A DNA stretch of 62,698 nucleotides, counting the filler, from Asterionella formosa (taxonomy: Eukaryota), in NCBI GenBank assembly GCA_002256025.1. It is 18 parts of 18 records of this genome, joined end to end, with 100 filler letters (N's around TTAATTAATTAA, not from the genome) between each part and the next. Parts side by side here need not be neighbours in the genome. Positions count along the whole stretch, not along the records: positions 24,632 to 25,888 come from NKIB01003369.1; positions 25,989 to 27,245 come from NKIB01003370.1; positions 27,346 to 28,602 come from NKIB01003371.1; positions 28,703 to 29,959 come from NKIB01003372.1; positions 30,060 to 50,492 come from NKIB01003373.1; 13 more parts are not named here. The stretch is one strand, 5' to 3'. The notes under the pieces were generated by a model. It had not been told where the DNA came from, searched no databases, and saw nothing but the letters and a program-made list of their open reading frames with translations. Shown here in pieces: positions 24,532 through 37,400 of the stretch. The stretch's first letter is position 1. Each line of letters begins with the position of its first letter. The position numbers and the translations under genes were made by a program.

Positions 24532-25414
24532 NNNNNNNNNNNNNNNNNNNNNNNNNNNNNNNNNNNNNNNNNNNNTTAATTAATTAANNNNNNNNNNNNN
24601 NNNNNNNNNNNNNNNNNNNNNNNNNNNNNNNACATTGTTTTTGCCACTTTCGGTCCAATTGCACGCTACTCCCTGACACATTTATCTGATTATCTGAAAC
24701 ACAAGACCTAATCAACAGCAAGATATTTTGTATCTGGTGCAATATCAGAAAACAACGTTGTCATACTGAAAAAAATCATAACTGGAAAATTAGAAAAATC
24801 TATGTATACACAGCAGTAAATATTATATTGTTTAGTGGCTCAAATCCATCTTTGGCACCATACTGGTACCGGTACCAGTATTGTTGTCTGTTCTGACTGT
24901 TGCACATCTAAGCTGCGTGTTATGTCAAGTCGTAAATTAGCCTAGTTAATTTTGAATGGCTCACATGAATTAGTTGAATACATCAAAATTCGTAATTGAA
25001 TACATCATCTACTTTATCTGAATACAACAGGTTAATTATTTTATCAGGCAGAGTGTCATGAAAGCATTCCTGATTATCACTATATTACGTGATCATCTTC
25101 AAGTTATTATTTGATATCCTTCTCTGAATTCTGTAATCTAGAACTAGTTCAAGTCCTGATAAAAGGTTCTGAAAACGCGTCATCATGTAAAAGAATGATT
25201 TATTTTTAAAAGGAATCTTAGCCTACCCCAATACAATATATACGTTTGAGAATATTCATATAATACCTTGCCAGCGTCGATTTACAGCATCATAGTGGTC
25301 TTAAATGCATATAAATGCTCAATGCTGGACCACTACCACATTGCATACTTCACTCCAATCATGGTTCATCCTCTCATTGTCCCTGATGAGGAGCCTCCTC
25401 ATTTGTGTCAGGAG

Positions 25415-25790
25415 GATGCTCAGCAATGGCACAGCGCCTATACAGTGATATTGAGAATGTGTCAAATGCATCAGCAACTATACAGTCGTTATATCGAGAT
25501 TGAGAATGCTTCGAATACTGAGCGACTATACAGTAACATCGAGATCAAGAAGGCATTGAAGCAATGCTCAGCAAGTATACAGTGCTATCAATAACCCATC
25601 GAACGCATCGAATGCTTGTCACTATAAAAGTGATATTATGATCAAGAAACCATCAAATGCATTGAGCGCACAGCAACTATACAATGATATCAATAACGCA
25701 TTGAACGCTTCAAATGCTCAGCAACTGCTAAGTGTTGTCAAGAATGCATCGAATGCTTCAAATGCTCAGCAACTATACAGTGATAGTATG
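25415..25790. repeat. Degenerate tandem repeat (AATGCTCAGCAACTATACAGTG core)
   Basis: Variants of the core at ~25417, 25472, 25563, 25672, 25713 and 25761. Confidence 0.7.
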
Positions 25791-25988
25791 CTGAAGTAGC
25801 AAGCTTTCTTTGTTACAGTCGCAATGGCATGAAAGCTTTTGTCAATGTGTATGATCAGATCCTGCACGTTAGCCGTGAAACTGAGAAGNNNNNNNNNNNN
25901 NNNNNNNNNNNNNNNNNNNNNNNNNNNNNNNNTTAATTAATTAANNNNNNNNNNNNNNNNNNNNNNNNNNNNNNNNNNNNNNNNNNNN

Positions 25989-26163
25989 AAAAGCAAACTG
26001 TAAGAAGAATAGCAACAACAATCCAAGCAGCGTTGATTAGAACAATTAGGGTCGGATTCCAAGAACTGGATCCTGACGAATCTCCAAGTAGTCGTGCATA
26101 TTGTGAAGACTGATCGAATGAAAGGATTTCATGGATTCCTTGAGTAATAACAAAGCTTGACAT
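25989..26163 (-). CDS. Possible 5' end of a membrane-protein gene, truncated by the contig end
   Basis: MSSFVITQGIHE...PTLIVLINAAWIVVAILLTVCF runs into the spacer and ends in a hydrophobic helix. Confidence 0.3.
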
Positions 26164-27067
26164 GATCTCACACAATGGGAGAGCTAGTAATGTGCTGTCC
26201 GGCAGAGAATCTTGAGAAACACAAAGCACAGCAACAAATCATTTATTAACGGGGTAAGGAGGGAATTTACTACTATAACATTGCTTTGATGATAACTAGC
26301 AGAAATTGGTATGATACAGGTTTCTACAAAATACATATCGAGAACCCATCAATCATCTTGTTTTCAGTTGCAGTTACAACAAGAAGGTGAGAGAGACCGA
26401 ACGCAAATTTAGCACAAATGTATGGTATCTCGTACTGGTAGAAACAAATATAATACTTCATGAATGAATATTTAATTGATACCTTTTCTGTCTGATTTTC
26501 GTCGGACTGGTGAGACTGCGCACTTTTTATATCTAAGTAACTTTTTATAAGTGCGTATTGCCCTTCTGTTGAATTTGAACTATTAATAAAACGATCATAA
26601 ATAGCAGAAAATACATTTCTGCTTTGCGACCATACCTGGAGTACACTGTATACCCGGTATATTGGGTGCTGTATGCTGTACATTGGGCCCTCAGTGTTCT
26701 TTCTACAACATTGCATTGATTCCGCTCTTAAATTTTAATAGAAAAAGGATAACGATCTAGCACAACTGTAAAGATAACTTGCTAGCCTATAGAGTTGAAA
26801 AGAAACTTAAGTTCCCCTCACAAAAACTTTTCTTACAAACAAGATTTGGAGGTTTACCAGTTTATACTACATTTTTGCTAACTCACTCTCAATCATGCGA
26901 AATCAAGTTTTAAGTTTAGAGTCCATATCCTCCTCCACTGTGTTGTGTTCCCAAACAAAGACAACCGACAGCCCAAACGCAATGAAAAATCCATCAAGTG
27001 CGACAAGTCACTACAAACCCCTGCCACAATGATGGAGTTCACAATGCGCTCGTTCACATGTTGGAAA

Positions 27068-27245
27068 TTATCTCATTGGAAGGGATAACTGTCGTCGATA
27101 GCGACTGGGGCGCTCAATCGTATTCTTTCCATGAACATTGACGCTTGCCAGCTTCACTTCTGGTGTTTTCTTTTGCGGGATAGAGGGGTCGTCCGCCTCC
27201 ACAGTTGTTATGTAACGCATTCCGCGACGAGATCGATGTGTCAAT
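27068..27245 (-). CDS. Possible 3' end of an unknown gene, truncated by the contig end
   Basis: Open, CpG-retaining frame THRSRRGMRYITTVEADDPSIPQKK...RYRRQLSLPMR*. Confidence 0.35.
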
Positions 27246-27345
27246 NNNNNNNNNNNNNNNNNNNNNNNNNNNNNNNNNNNNNNNNNNNNTTAATTAATTA
27301 ANNNNNNNNNNNNNNNNNNNNNNNNNNNNNNNNNNNNNNNNNNNN

Positions 27346-27894
27346 GCATTCACTTTCTCAGCTGTAAACCCGTGTCTCCACCTAGCCTCACTACATCCAT
27401 CCCTCCTCTTAACGGTGCTATTTACGTCCACTGTCAAATTCTTAAGGAGGTTGTATCAAGTGCTGCTGAGGCTGAATTAGCTGCTTTATTCCACAATGGC
27501 AAAGAGGCATATGCTATTTGCACCATTCTTGTTGAGCTTGGTCATCCCCAACCTTCTACCCATATTGTCACCGATAATAGCACTGCCAGTGGCATTGCCA
27601 ATGATACTGTCCGACAAAAACGTTCCAAAGCTATGGATATGCGTTATTACTGGGTACGCGATCGGGTTTGCCAAGGCCAATTTCTTGTATACTGGAAAAA
27701 AGGTAGTTTGAATCGTGCTGATTATTTCACTAAACATCATCCCACTTCCCATCATATGTTGCTGCGCCCGCACTATCTCCATTGCCCTCCATCCCTCCCT
27801 AGTCCTCCTAACTATTATGCCTGCTTGGCTTCCGCTGCTGATATCATCTCCACCCCCGCTCCTGTTCTTCTGCCTGCATCTGTTGGTGAGGGTG
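27346..27894 (+). mobile_element. Ty1/copia RNase H fragment and polypurine tract
   Basis: SSAAEAELAALF, TDNSTASGI, RSKAMDMRYYWVRDR, NRADYFTKHH. PPT-like GGTGAGGGTG lies immediately before the LTR. Confidence 0.93.
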
Positions 27895-28061
27895 TGTTAA
27901 TATCTGCATATGATGCTCCATACATGCGCCGCACGAACCATACCGGCGCAGCCACCAGATTAGGTACATGCGTGAGTTCTAACAACGATGTACTTGGAAC
28001 AGCAATAGAATAGTCATAATATTGTAGTTCACCTTTATTCACGATAAGGTTCCCCTCAACA
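27895..28061 (+). mobile_element. 3' LTR, 167 bp
   Basis: TGTTAA...TCAACA termini directly after the PPT. Confidence 0.75.
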
Positions 28062-29270
28062 CTTACTACCAAATTATTAAATTAATCGAGTGAGTCCGCC
28101 ACACACACTCCGGACTCTGAGGTACCACTTAAAAACTGTAAGCCACCGCTACGGCGACTTTTGAACTGTAAGCCACCGCTAAACGGAGTAAACGCACGGT
28201 TTGAACTTAGTTTACAAGATACGCTATTTATTGTCACGAACGAGTTGTTCAGATTTATATAGCGAGTAAATACTTCCGTACTTGTATTGTTGCATTGTGT
28301 ACATTGTTAATTAGGTATTATCGCCCAAAGGTTGCTGTCGACGTGAAATTGCGAAAATTGGATATTTTCACGTTTACTCGATTGAGCAAGCATCACCTTT
28401 TATATACGTATTCAGGTATGAGAATATTCCTCCTCTAGAAAACTAATTTAGTATCCTCTAAAATTTATTTAATATGACAACGACGGCATTGCGCTTTCGC
28501 TCGTGCGCCATAATAAAGAGATAATTTCATTAATGGAAAACGTCAAATAGGAATTCCTGGTGCGCCCGAATTATGAGTACAAAAATTAAATGCAAACACA
28601 CANNNNNNNNNNNNNNNNNNNNNNNNNNNNNNNNNNNNNNNNNNNNTTAATTAATTAANNNNNNNNNNNNNNNNNNNNNNNNNNNNNNNNNNNNNNNNNN
28701 NNGATTTTTGAATACTGAGACTACCAAAATGTTTAAGTGAATAACTTCAAGCGAACATGCTAATTAATGGTAGAAATGAGACATATGCATTTTTCAAAGC
28801 TCCTGAGTGAGATTCGGATCTTGTTCTACATTCTATTGGTTGTATAATAAATACATCTCCTTCCTTTACTTCTAATTCATCTTAATTTGATTATCTTCAT
28901 CCAAGTCGACGTTTTTTACTTTTGACAAGATAATTAGAACACGTTGTTCCTTGCTTACCTGCGACTTGATAGCCTGATAGATGATTTTTTGTAAGAAATG
29001 ATACAATGATGCAATTGAATCATGGTGTCACCACACACAGCACACATACTAGTTGTCATCAATGTAGAATTGTATGCATCATCAACTTTGGCTACTTCAA
29101 TCGGTTCAGTAATGGTTCCAAATTAAGTTTGTGAAATATGATCCTTGTATGCAGGTTTTTTCGCTGTCAATTCAATTCAACTGTAGGTTTGATGAAACTT
29201 TTTGCCTTCATTGCAGGAATCTCAGTAGCTGATGTTGAAGATGTCAAACCTTGATTAGATATTTGCAATG

Positions 29271-29753
29271 CTAGATAGTCGACAACAAATGCTGCTCAAT
29301 GTTTGTTATGGTAATCATTTTCGAATTCAAACTGGTAAAAGAATCATCTACAACTTGCAGAACGATTGTTGATGTTTTGTTTGTCTTCAAAATGAGGGCT
29401 TCAATGCGCTTAACAACTAGCTTGATTCTTGAAAACCGTTTGCTTTCTGCTTGAGTGAAATTGAAACGCCATTGGTTTTTGAATTTCGCTTCTAGCTGGA
29501 AAATGCCGCTCTGGAAACACCCTAGATTATTATTGTGATCAAAGAAGTGTGTACCAAACTATTCATGCCAAATCGACAGGCAGCTCAAATGATTCTTATA
29601 GAGTTCATACCTTGGACATCCATTTTCAATTTTTTTCATGTGAATGTCACTAACAGATGTTGAAACCCTTTGATCATTCAAAGATCTATTACTTTGTATT
29701 GATGATGAGGACTGTGCAGAGGATGAAAAATCGAAGGATGACAAATGATTCAA
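29271..29753 (-). pseudogene. GCR1_C-domain relic, probably the C-terminus of a Crypton-type element
   Basis: PRYEL..IWHE*FG....GIFQLEAKFKNQWRF..AESKRFSRIKLVVKRIE. The TAG replaces the expected TGG of WxEW. Confidence 0.6.
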
Positions 29754-30823
29754 TAGAGACTGTAAGTGTTGTGGTCGAACTAAGCACGCACATCAACTCT
29801 GTCGTTCAACTGTGAAAAGTTTGCTCTCATTTCAGAATGCAAATTTGTAAATCGATCTCTGAAACCAGGTAAAATAGAGTCTATTCTAAGATCCACTGGA
29901 TCCTGAACCAAATCCAGATGATGACTCATATTCTTTAAAAATTCTTTGAACTCTTCACANNNNNNNNNNNNNNNNNNNNNNNNNNNNNNNNNNNNNNNNN
30001 NNNTTAATTAATTAANNNNNNNNNNNNNNNNNNNNNNNNNNNNNNNNNNNNNNNNNNNNCCGGTAGGCCAAGTATGAATTCAGCGATGATCCCATGCGAG
30101 CCAGCCCAATCCTTCGAGTTAACACATGTATTCTTGAAGCGAGGCTTCCGACGATGCTTGGGGCACCAGCATCAAAGACTGTGCCTGTGCCCCGACCTAT
30201 ACTGCGCTTACCATGTATGCTACGTAGTTGTGGAGGACGACGGGACGCATTCATCTACTTGTACTGGCAGTCCGCAAGCGCGCAATGCCACGACCGAGAC
30301 ATGTACCGGTAGGTATGGAACTTATCCACAACATACAACCCCATTATCCAGTACTCGGTACCTGGTACCCGGTACCAGGTTGGCTATATACCGGTGACTT
30401 GGACACCAACTGAACAAGCATACCGGCACCTGGTACCAGGGTACGTTCCACCAAAGAAACAAGCAATCGTCGTTTTGTCGGTACAATTTTGATTCTGATT
30501 TTGGCTGGAGGAATTTTTGGCCTGCATCACGCACACAGTATTACATACCGAGTACACTACCTAATATGCATCTTTGTTGGGTTTTGACACAATGTGCACT
30601 GCTTATTAATTACCGGCACCTGGTAGTGCCGGAATTCTTTGGCTAACTAACTGTGTGCTTTTATGACCGGTATATTATATTATATATCTATGAACGGACA
30701 AAAAAATAACTAGATTTCGGTCTACATATACAAAAACCATATCAACCGTTATTCATATGTTAGGGTAACAGTAAAATGGTACTTGTCATATATTCCCAAA
30801 CAGTCGTCGATTGTTCAACCATC

Positions 30824-31885
30824 ATGGCGAAAAAGAAGAAGGGAGGGAAACAAAGCCCCACAATGCTGTCTCCGGCCGCGGAAGAAACGACATCTCCAGA
30901 GGAAGAAGGCAAGATTGCGGAAGCGGAGACCCTTGCAGACTCAGCTTTAAAAATGGCAGAGGAAGCGAAGAAGGCACAAGAAGCATTGGCGGCTGCAAAG
31001 ATAAGCCTTCTAGGCACGGATGGAGCAAAGGCCGACACTGCTGTAGAATCGGAGGAGTTGCTTAAGAACGATGAAGCACTCGCAGAAACACCGTCAATCG
31101 ACGAGACTCCTTCCATTCCAGCCGCTCCCACTGATGAAGTTTTCATGAAGGCCGAAGAAGATGCTGCAGCTGCAGAAGAAGACGCCGTTGTTAGATTGGC
31201 AAAGAAATCAGAGGAGGAAGCTGCAAAGAAGGCAGAAGAGGAAGCTGCTGAAGCTGCAAAGAAGGCAGAGGAGGAAGCTGCTGAAGCTGCAAAGAAGGCA
31301 GAGGAGGAAGCTGCTGAAGCTGCAAAGAAGGCAGAAGAGGAAGCTGCTGAAGCTGCAAAGAAGGCAGAGGAGGAAGCAGCTGAAGCTGCAAAGAAGGCAG
31401 AAGAGGAACCTGTAATGAAGGCACGTGACAATACAGCCACGGTTGCAAAAATTGCTGGAGAAGAAGCTGCTGTTGTAGAAGAGCTTACAGCTCCTGCGAC
31501 TTCAAAGTTAACTGATGAGGAGGTTGTCCATGTTGGACCAGTTGAGGTGGAAAACAAAGGTACTGAAGCTGGATTCGCTGCTGAAGTACATCCTCAAATC
31601 AAAGTAGAAAAGGTCGAGGCACCTGAACCAAACACTACTGAGATCGAAGCAGAAAAAGGAGAAGAGAAATCCGAAGTTGAAACTATCGAAGATGTTAGTT
31701 TCCCAGTTCCAACTGATGAAGCTGAAGCTGTGGATGAGGGAAAAGTCGCTGTTTCTGTTGATCAAGTTGTTGCTACCACTGCACAGGCGCCCCCACAAAC
31801 AGCCAAAGTTGGGCCACCTCAAAAGCAAGATGTCGATGCGGCAGCTCAATCTGAAGCTGCTATGTGTGGCTGCGTGATCTCCTAA
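30824..31885 (+). CDS. Acidic Glu/Ala/Lys-rich repeat protein with C-terminal CaaX (CGCVIS), ~353 aa
   Basis: Long single ORF with likely start ATCATGG at 30824 (alternative 30776). N-terminus MAKKKKGGK, KKAEEEAAEAA repeats, ends MCGCVIS*. Confidence 0.85.
   Translation: MAKKKKGGKQSPTMLSPAAEETTSPEEEGKIAEAETLADSALKMAEEAKKAQEALAAAKISLLGTDGAKADTAVESEELLKNDEALAETPSIDETPSIPAAPTDEVFMKAEEDAAAAEEDAVVRLAKKSEEEAAKKAEEEAAEAAKKAEEEAAEAAKKAEEEAAEAAKKAEEEAAEAAKKAEEEAAEAAKKAEEEPVMKARDNTATVAKIAGEEAAVVEELTAPATSKLTDEEVVHVGPVEVENKGTEAGFAAEVHPQIKVEKVEAPEPNTTEIEAEKGEEKSEVETIEDVSFPVPTDEAEAVDEGKVAVSVDQVVATTAQAPPQTAKVGPPQKQDVDAAAQSEAAMCGCVIS
31211..31408 (+). repeat. Coding 33-bp tandem repeat, ~6 copies
   Basis: GAAGCTGCAAAGAAGGCAGARGAGGAAGCTGCT units encoding EAAKKAEEEAA. 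Confidence 0.92.
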
Positions 31886-32360
31886 AGGATTTTTCCGGCC
31901 AGCTGTCAGTTTGTGCTTCATGTTTGTCATTATTTAATGCATAGCAAACTTTTTATGTCTGAAAATGAGTGGATTGTAAAGTGATCTCAATCAATGGAGC
32001 TCAAATCATGTACTTGGTTCCCTTGACCTTAAAGTGTGCATGAGAAGTTAAAAAATTATTGTTTGCAATACAATGCTGGCACTTGTGCACTGTGCTGGAA
32101 TAAAGAGCTTTATAAAGAGATGTAATCATGTAGCTGCATTTTGCTGAGTCTTTGTGTTCAACTTGATAAAAAGAACTCCATAGGACGAAGATGTTGTTTT
32201 TTAAACTCAAAATCTAATTATGGTTGAATCAAAACATGCTCCTTGGCACAGTATGTGTGTCAAAGTAAACCTTTTTGCTCTCCTACACTGCCAGCCAAAC
32301 TCAACATTCAAGCAGGTGGTCTTCTTACTTGTTGTGACGTCTTGGTTGTGAAAGATGTAC

Positions 32361-34207
32361 TAGTCCTTGTAAATTCTGAAAATATACTTTGAATGTTTTA
32401 TCATCGACTGGAATCATTTTGTCACCCCATGTGTCTTGGGACATATCCGCCTGTCTTCCTGTTTGGTTAATTTAAATTGAATTTATAACCTTGTTGTTGC
32501 TTTCTGTTGTTCTTGGATTTCTTGATTTTCCCGGCTTTTTTATTCCAGTTCTTGATGATAGACTCACATTTTACTGGCCAACTTCCCCCTACTCCAGATT
32601 TTCTTCACCTGCGGAACTCTGAGAGGCGTTGCGTTGTCTTCCTTCTTGGTCTTCTTCTGATTCCGATGGTAACCACAAGGTGCGTGGATGGGCTTTTCTC
32701 TTATCATTTATAAATGGGGTTTACGATGATTGGATTCATTCTTGCGTTTCTATTTCTTGAGATATTTATAAATCAAAATGTTGATCAATGTTTTGTGCCA
32801 ACGATTGGATTGAGCGGGTGTTTCTTGTTGTTGCTCCTACCATTAGATTTGTCTTGGCGCCTGAATAGACTACCACAGCATTTACTTTAAAATCGAAATC
32901 CTCCCTGTTGGTGTCGGAGTCTTCTAGGGACAGTGGCTCTTGATGCAATTCGTTTTTTGCCATTTTCTTTTTTGCTTTTTCAACTGCGCATCTAGATAAT
33001 TGCCATTGTGATTGATCAATTCGTTCCAAGGTTTCTATAGCCTCAATATCCTCTGGAAATGCGGACCGACTTTTTGCGATTGCATGAGTGTAGTTTGGTC
33101 TCTTTCATCTTCCTGTGGTGTTATCATATTCTGCAGGGTTGGCGCCATCTGGTGTTTGTGACGTAACTTTCATTGATTCATATGAGAAATTGTTTGAGAT
33201 CCTTGATGCACTGATTCCTGATCCTGCCACAAATCTCACTAGCTAACTCTTGAATTTTCAAACTAAGTTCTGAAAGCGGTATAGTTGTCTCATGTGATTG
33301 AGTGAGTAGGTCAGAAATGGATGAAGCTTGCCTCACTGGCGGCCTCACATTGAAACCCAATTAACTCGTCAATACTCTTGCGCATGGTGCCTAATACTGG
33401 ATTCACAGTTTCCATTTCAGTATCATAGAGGCTACTTGTTTGTCAGCCACTTAAATCTTGCGATTTCTTTTTGTTCATCATCAGTTTCTAGTGTCAAAGG
33501 TCCGTGCTAATAGTGATTTGCGATGATTTTTGCTTTGCCACCATTGCAGCCAATGTTGGAGGAATTTGTTTTTGTAGTTTTCTATCCATGTGCACTGTGA
33601 CTACTGCCGCTCTTGACTGTTGGACTGTCAATACTTCTGCCTGCTTTGTAAATCTTGATAGAAGTGCGTTCACTTGTTTTTCATCTGCGATACTTTGCTT
33701 TCTGTGCAGTGGCACACGTTTCATAGCATATGTTGGGGGAGCTGTGTCGCCGTATTCCTGCATAAAGATTTGATTGAAGTTTGCTGCGCAGTTAATGGCA
33801 TCTATTTCGTTTGATGCTGGATAAATGATAACCGGCATGCCTGCCGATGTTGTAAAATGCGCATCACACGGTAAACAATTTCCTTTGTCATCAACAGCCT
33901 CTAGTATATAATTTTTGAAAGTAGTGGTTTTCCCTTCCTTGAAGACTGAGGCTCCTGCTACCGGTATCAATATCAGAGAAACCTGCCATCATTTTGGTCC
34001 TAATAGTCGTAGTGAGACACTTTGTTGGTAGTAGTATTGTGCGATGCCTTCATGGTCTTGTTCTGCCACAAAATTCAAGACTTGATACCCCACAAAATCA
34101 ATAGATTAATCTGAGCAAATGGAAAATATCTTGATCACCGCGCTGTAGGTTTCTTGAGTGGTGAATTACCAGCTAGCACTGATTCTGTATGCATATGTTT
34201 TCACTTT
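32361..34207 (-). mobile_element. Non-LTR retrotransposon relic, 3' part: decayed ORF1 plus the first codons of an APE-type ORF2
   Basis: Successive broken minus-strand ORFs (33970-33494, 33360-33178, 33029-32766). At 32444-32361, MSQDTWGDKMIPVDDKTFKVYFQNLQGL resembles the xxFQNxxG first motif of APE endonucleases, then truncates. Confidence 0.6.
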
Positions 34208-34440
34208 TCTGGCCAAATTCTTGAGACCTTGTAATAAGCTGTATGACTGAACAAAGTGAAATACTTCTTTATTGATAGACATTTCATTCATATAACAGAT
34301 TGTCATTGTGATCACTTTCGCATTATCAGTTGTGTATCTTTCTTGACAGTGTGTTTGGGTATGCAAATGATGTTGGACCAAAGTTAGTTTTGATGGTTGT
34401 CTTGAGACTCTTCCAGACCTTGTAGTTCTATCATTTGGGT
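34208..34440 (-). mobile_element. Inverted copia pol fragment
   Basis: The reverse complement aligns with ~37711-37950 and ~23665-23900 (TRSGRVSR..HFVQSYSL). Confidence 0.9.
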
Positions 34441-37400
34441 GCTGAAGAAATTATTTTAAGAAAGAAAAATCCCGGTATGAATTACCTACTACATGATGAA
34501 TCGAATGAATCAAAAGAATGTGACACCAGAGAAAACTCAGAATTCAAAAACAATCTACATCGCCAGTAAGACCCATAATTCTATTAAAACTCTTAGGAAC
34601 GATTACAATCGATTACTGCAACATCATTGTTCATATCTACAGCCTATATGGTCCCTGACGTGTCCTTACAGGATACAAGAAAGCAATAGAGGGCTTCGGG
34701 ACTCAATTTCAACAGTTTTAATTGAATTAGCCGGCCTGGAAGAGCCGTAATATCACAATCAACAACAAGCGGACCGTAGAGAGTCTGGAGACAAGATTTG
34801 AGGGTACCAGACTATCCAGAGTCTTAATAAGTTTCACAAGGCGCATAATGAGTAGCAAAGGAAAGTTTTCCAAGAAGGCTCAGGCCAAGGGCAAGTTTCA
34901 AGCCAAAGGAGGAAGCAATGGTGCTTCTCACACCATCAAGGAGTCAGTTAATGACTATATCTACTACCTCGAATCGGCAAAGCAGGCGTCTGATTATGAG
35001 ACTACTACTGAGTACTTCATCAACTACATCAAGAAAGCGTTTGACTATGGCAACAACATAGGAACTGCGCTCGAGTTATTAGAACCAATGAGCACATTGA
35101 CATGGAAGCCAAGAATGCAGCTTAGCTCCTCTGCAACAACAGAAAAAGATCTCGCTGCAGAGAATCGGCTATTTGAGATCAATTTTAAGTCCAATAAAGA
35201 CACCTATAGTAAAAGAGTACAGGCCTACGAAAATTATAACACCAAGGCATGTGCGTTGTTCTGGGAATGATGCCACAAGGCCATGAAGAATAAGATGGAA
35301 GCGAGATCTGATCACAATAAGCAAAAAAGGAGAAAGTTTACAAGACTACACCATTCGTGTGGCATGAGATGTGCTCAAGTTACACATTGGAGGACCCATT
35401 ATCCTCACCAAGTTCATTGAAGCCATGGATGTGTTTGACAAGACAGACATCAAGCTACGAGATACATTTCGCGAACAGGCTTTCAGTCAATTTCTGGCCT
35501 GTTTTATACCTCGATAACGCGGATAAAGCCAAATAGTACTACAGATCAATTATGACCGGGCTAAACACTCAACAGTCACTCCGCAATTACCAATACCCGA
35601 AGAGTATCACTGAATCGAATAATGTTCTCAGTAACATAGGTTTGAGGTAACAAATATACTCACAGTCACAAGAAACCAGGAACAAGAAGAAGCAGGGAAG
35701 GAAGATGAAGATGTGAACTTATTGTTCGCACAGTTAGAAGGAAAATGTTACTGCTGTGGAAGAGCTGGACATAAATCACCATCATGTTGTGAGAAGCATA
35801 AGCCTAAAGAGGAATGGGCAATCAACAAGTCCCAACAAAGCCATGGACAGGCTACTCCATCGGACATGAGTACAGTTACCTCTGTTTTCCAACAACCCAC
35901 CGTCATCATAAGCTTCAAAACAAGCAAATTTCAATTGAGTTGGATGGGCGGGAGCTCATATGAAACTACAATTTTACCAAGCATCTGAGATGCATGACTG
36001 GATACTATTGGAGAATCAATCAAGTGGCACAGTCTTTTGCAATCCAATAATGGTTGAAAGCATTTGAATGTCGACCAATGGAAGCATGCACCTGGCCACA
36101 AATGGTGGATCCATGGTCACTAAAATGAAGGATGATCTTCCACAATGGGGAGAAGTATAGAGTAATGAGAAGGCAATCACCAACCTCTTCAGTTATGCCG
36201 GAATGGCAAACAGGTACAGAATTACCGACAACTCTGAGAAAGAAGATGCATTTATTGTTCATTTGCCTGACAAAACAGTTCGATTCGAAAGAATTGGGAT
36301 GAAATTATATGTTTTTAAGCCTCCTACAACTATGAAGGCTGAGAATAATGAAAATGCTCTTATGTTAAATATAGTTGAAGAATGCAAAACATTCTACACT
36401 GAACATCAATTTGAGAGGGCCAAGCAAGCTTGTGATCTATTTCATTCCATGGGCACGCCATTGATTAAAGATTTCAAGGCAATAGTTCGTTTGAATCCGA
36501 TCAACGACAATCCAGTGACTACCAATGATATCAAGATTGAAGAGAAAAGTTTTGGACCTGCCATCGGAACACTAAAAGGCAAGACAACTCGTTACAAGCC
36601 GCTGCCAGTCATGAATGACTACATTGAGATTCCTGAGGAGCTTATTGAATCTCAACATGAAGTGACTTTTTGAATGGATGGAATGAAAGTGAATGGACAA
36701 TCATTTTTTTCTTCACAAAAATTTCTCGAAACATCATGTATAGGACAGCGCAAGAAGGGGTCGTGAGTCAGACAGCTGATGTCTATCGAGATACTATGAC
36801 TCAGGTATTCCGTGTTTACAATACCGGAGGATTTAGAATTACAACAATCCACTGTGACAACAAGTTTCGACCTTTGAAACCCAGAAGAACATGTTCCTGA
36901 AGCGGAGCGAAATAAACGATTGATTAAAGAATGCGTATGCACAGGTTATCATTGATTACCTTTCAATCATTCGCCATGACTGATGATTAAGATTCTTCTC
37001 ACAGAATCTGCAAAGAAACTGAATTTCTTTCCGTCAAAGAACGGAATATCCCCGTATTACAGTCCTTGTATGATTTTACATCAGCAAAAGTTGGTCTATG
37101 CTAGACATTGCCAGTATACATTTGGCACTTATGTCCAAGCACATGAAGAACCGGTGTTTTCAAACACTAATGCACCACGCAGCCTAGATTGCATTGATCT
37201 ACGCTACAATAACAACCTGCAAGGAGGTCATGAATTATTACAGCTACCAACAAGTTCATTGATCACCAGACGTACAATTACTCCTCTACCACTTACCCCA
37301 GCAATCATAAATCAAGTACACGCCCTTATTGTAAAGGAAAGTATGCAAGATGGTCTCAAGATATCAAATCTAACAGGACAAATATTTTATGATAGTGCTT

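Noticed and set aside
30760..31557. 265-aa antisense ORF (SSAFFAASAA repeats) and other shifted-frame ORFs
   Set aside because: They are shadows of the coding 33-bp repeat on the plus strand.
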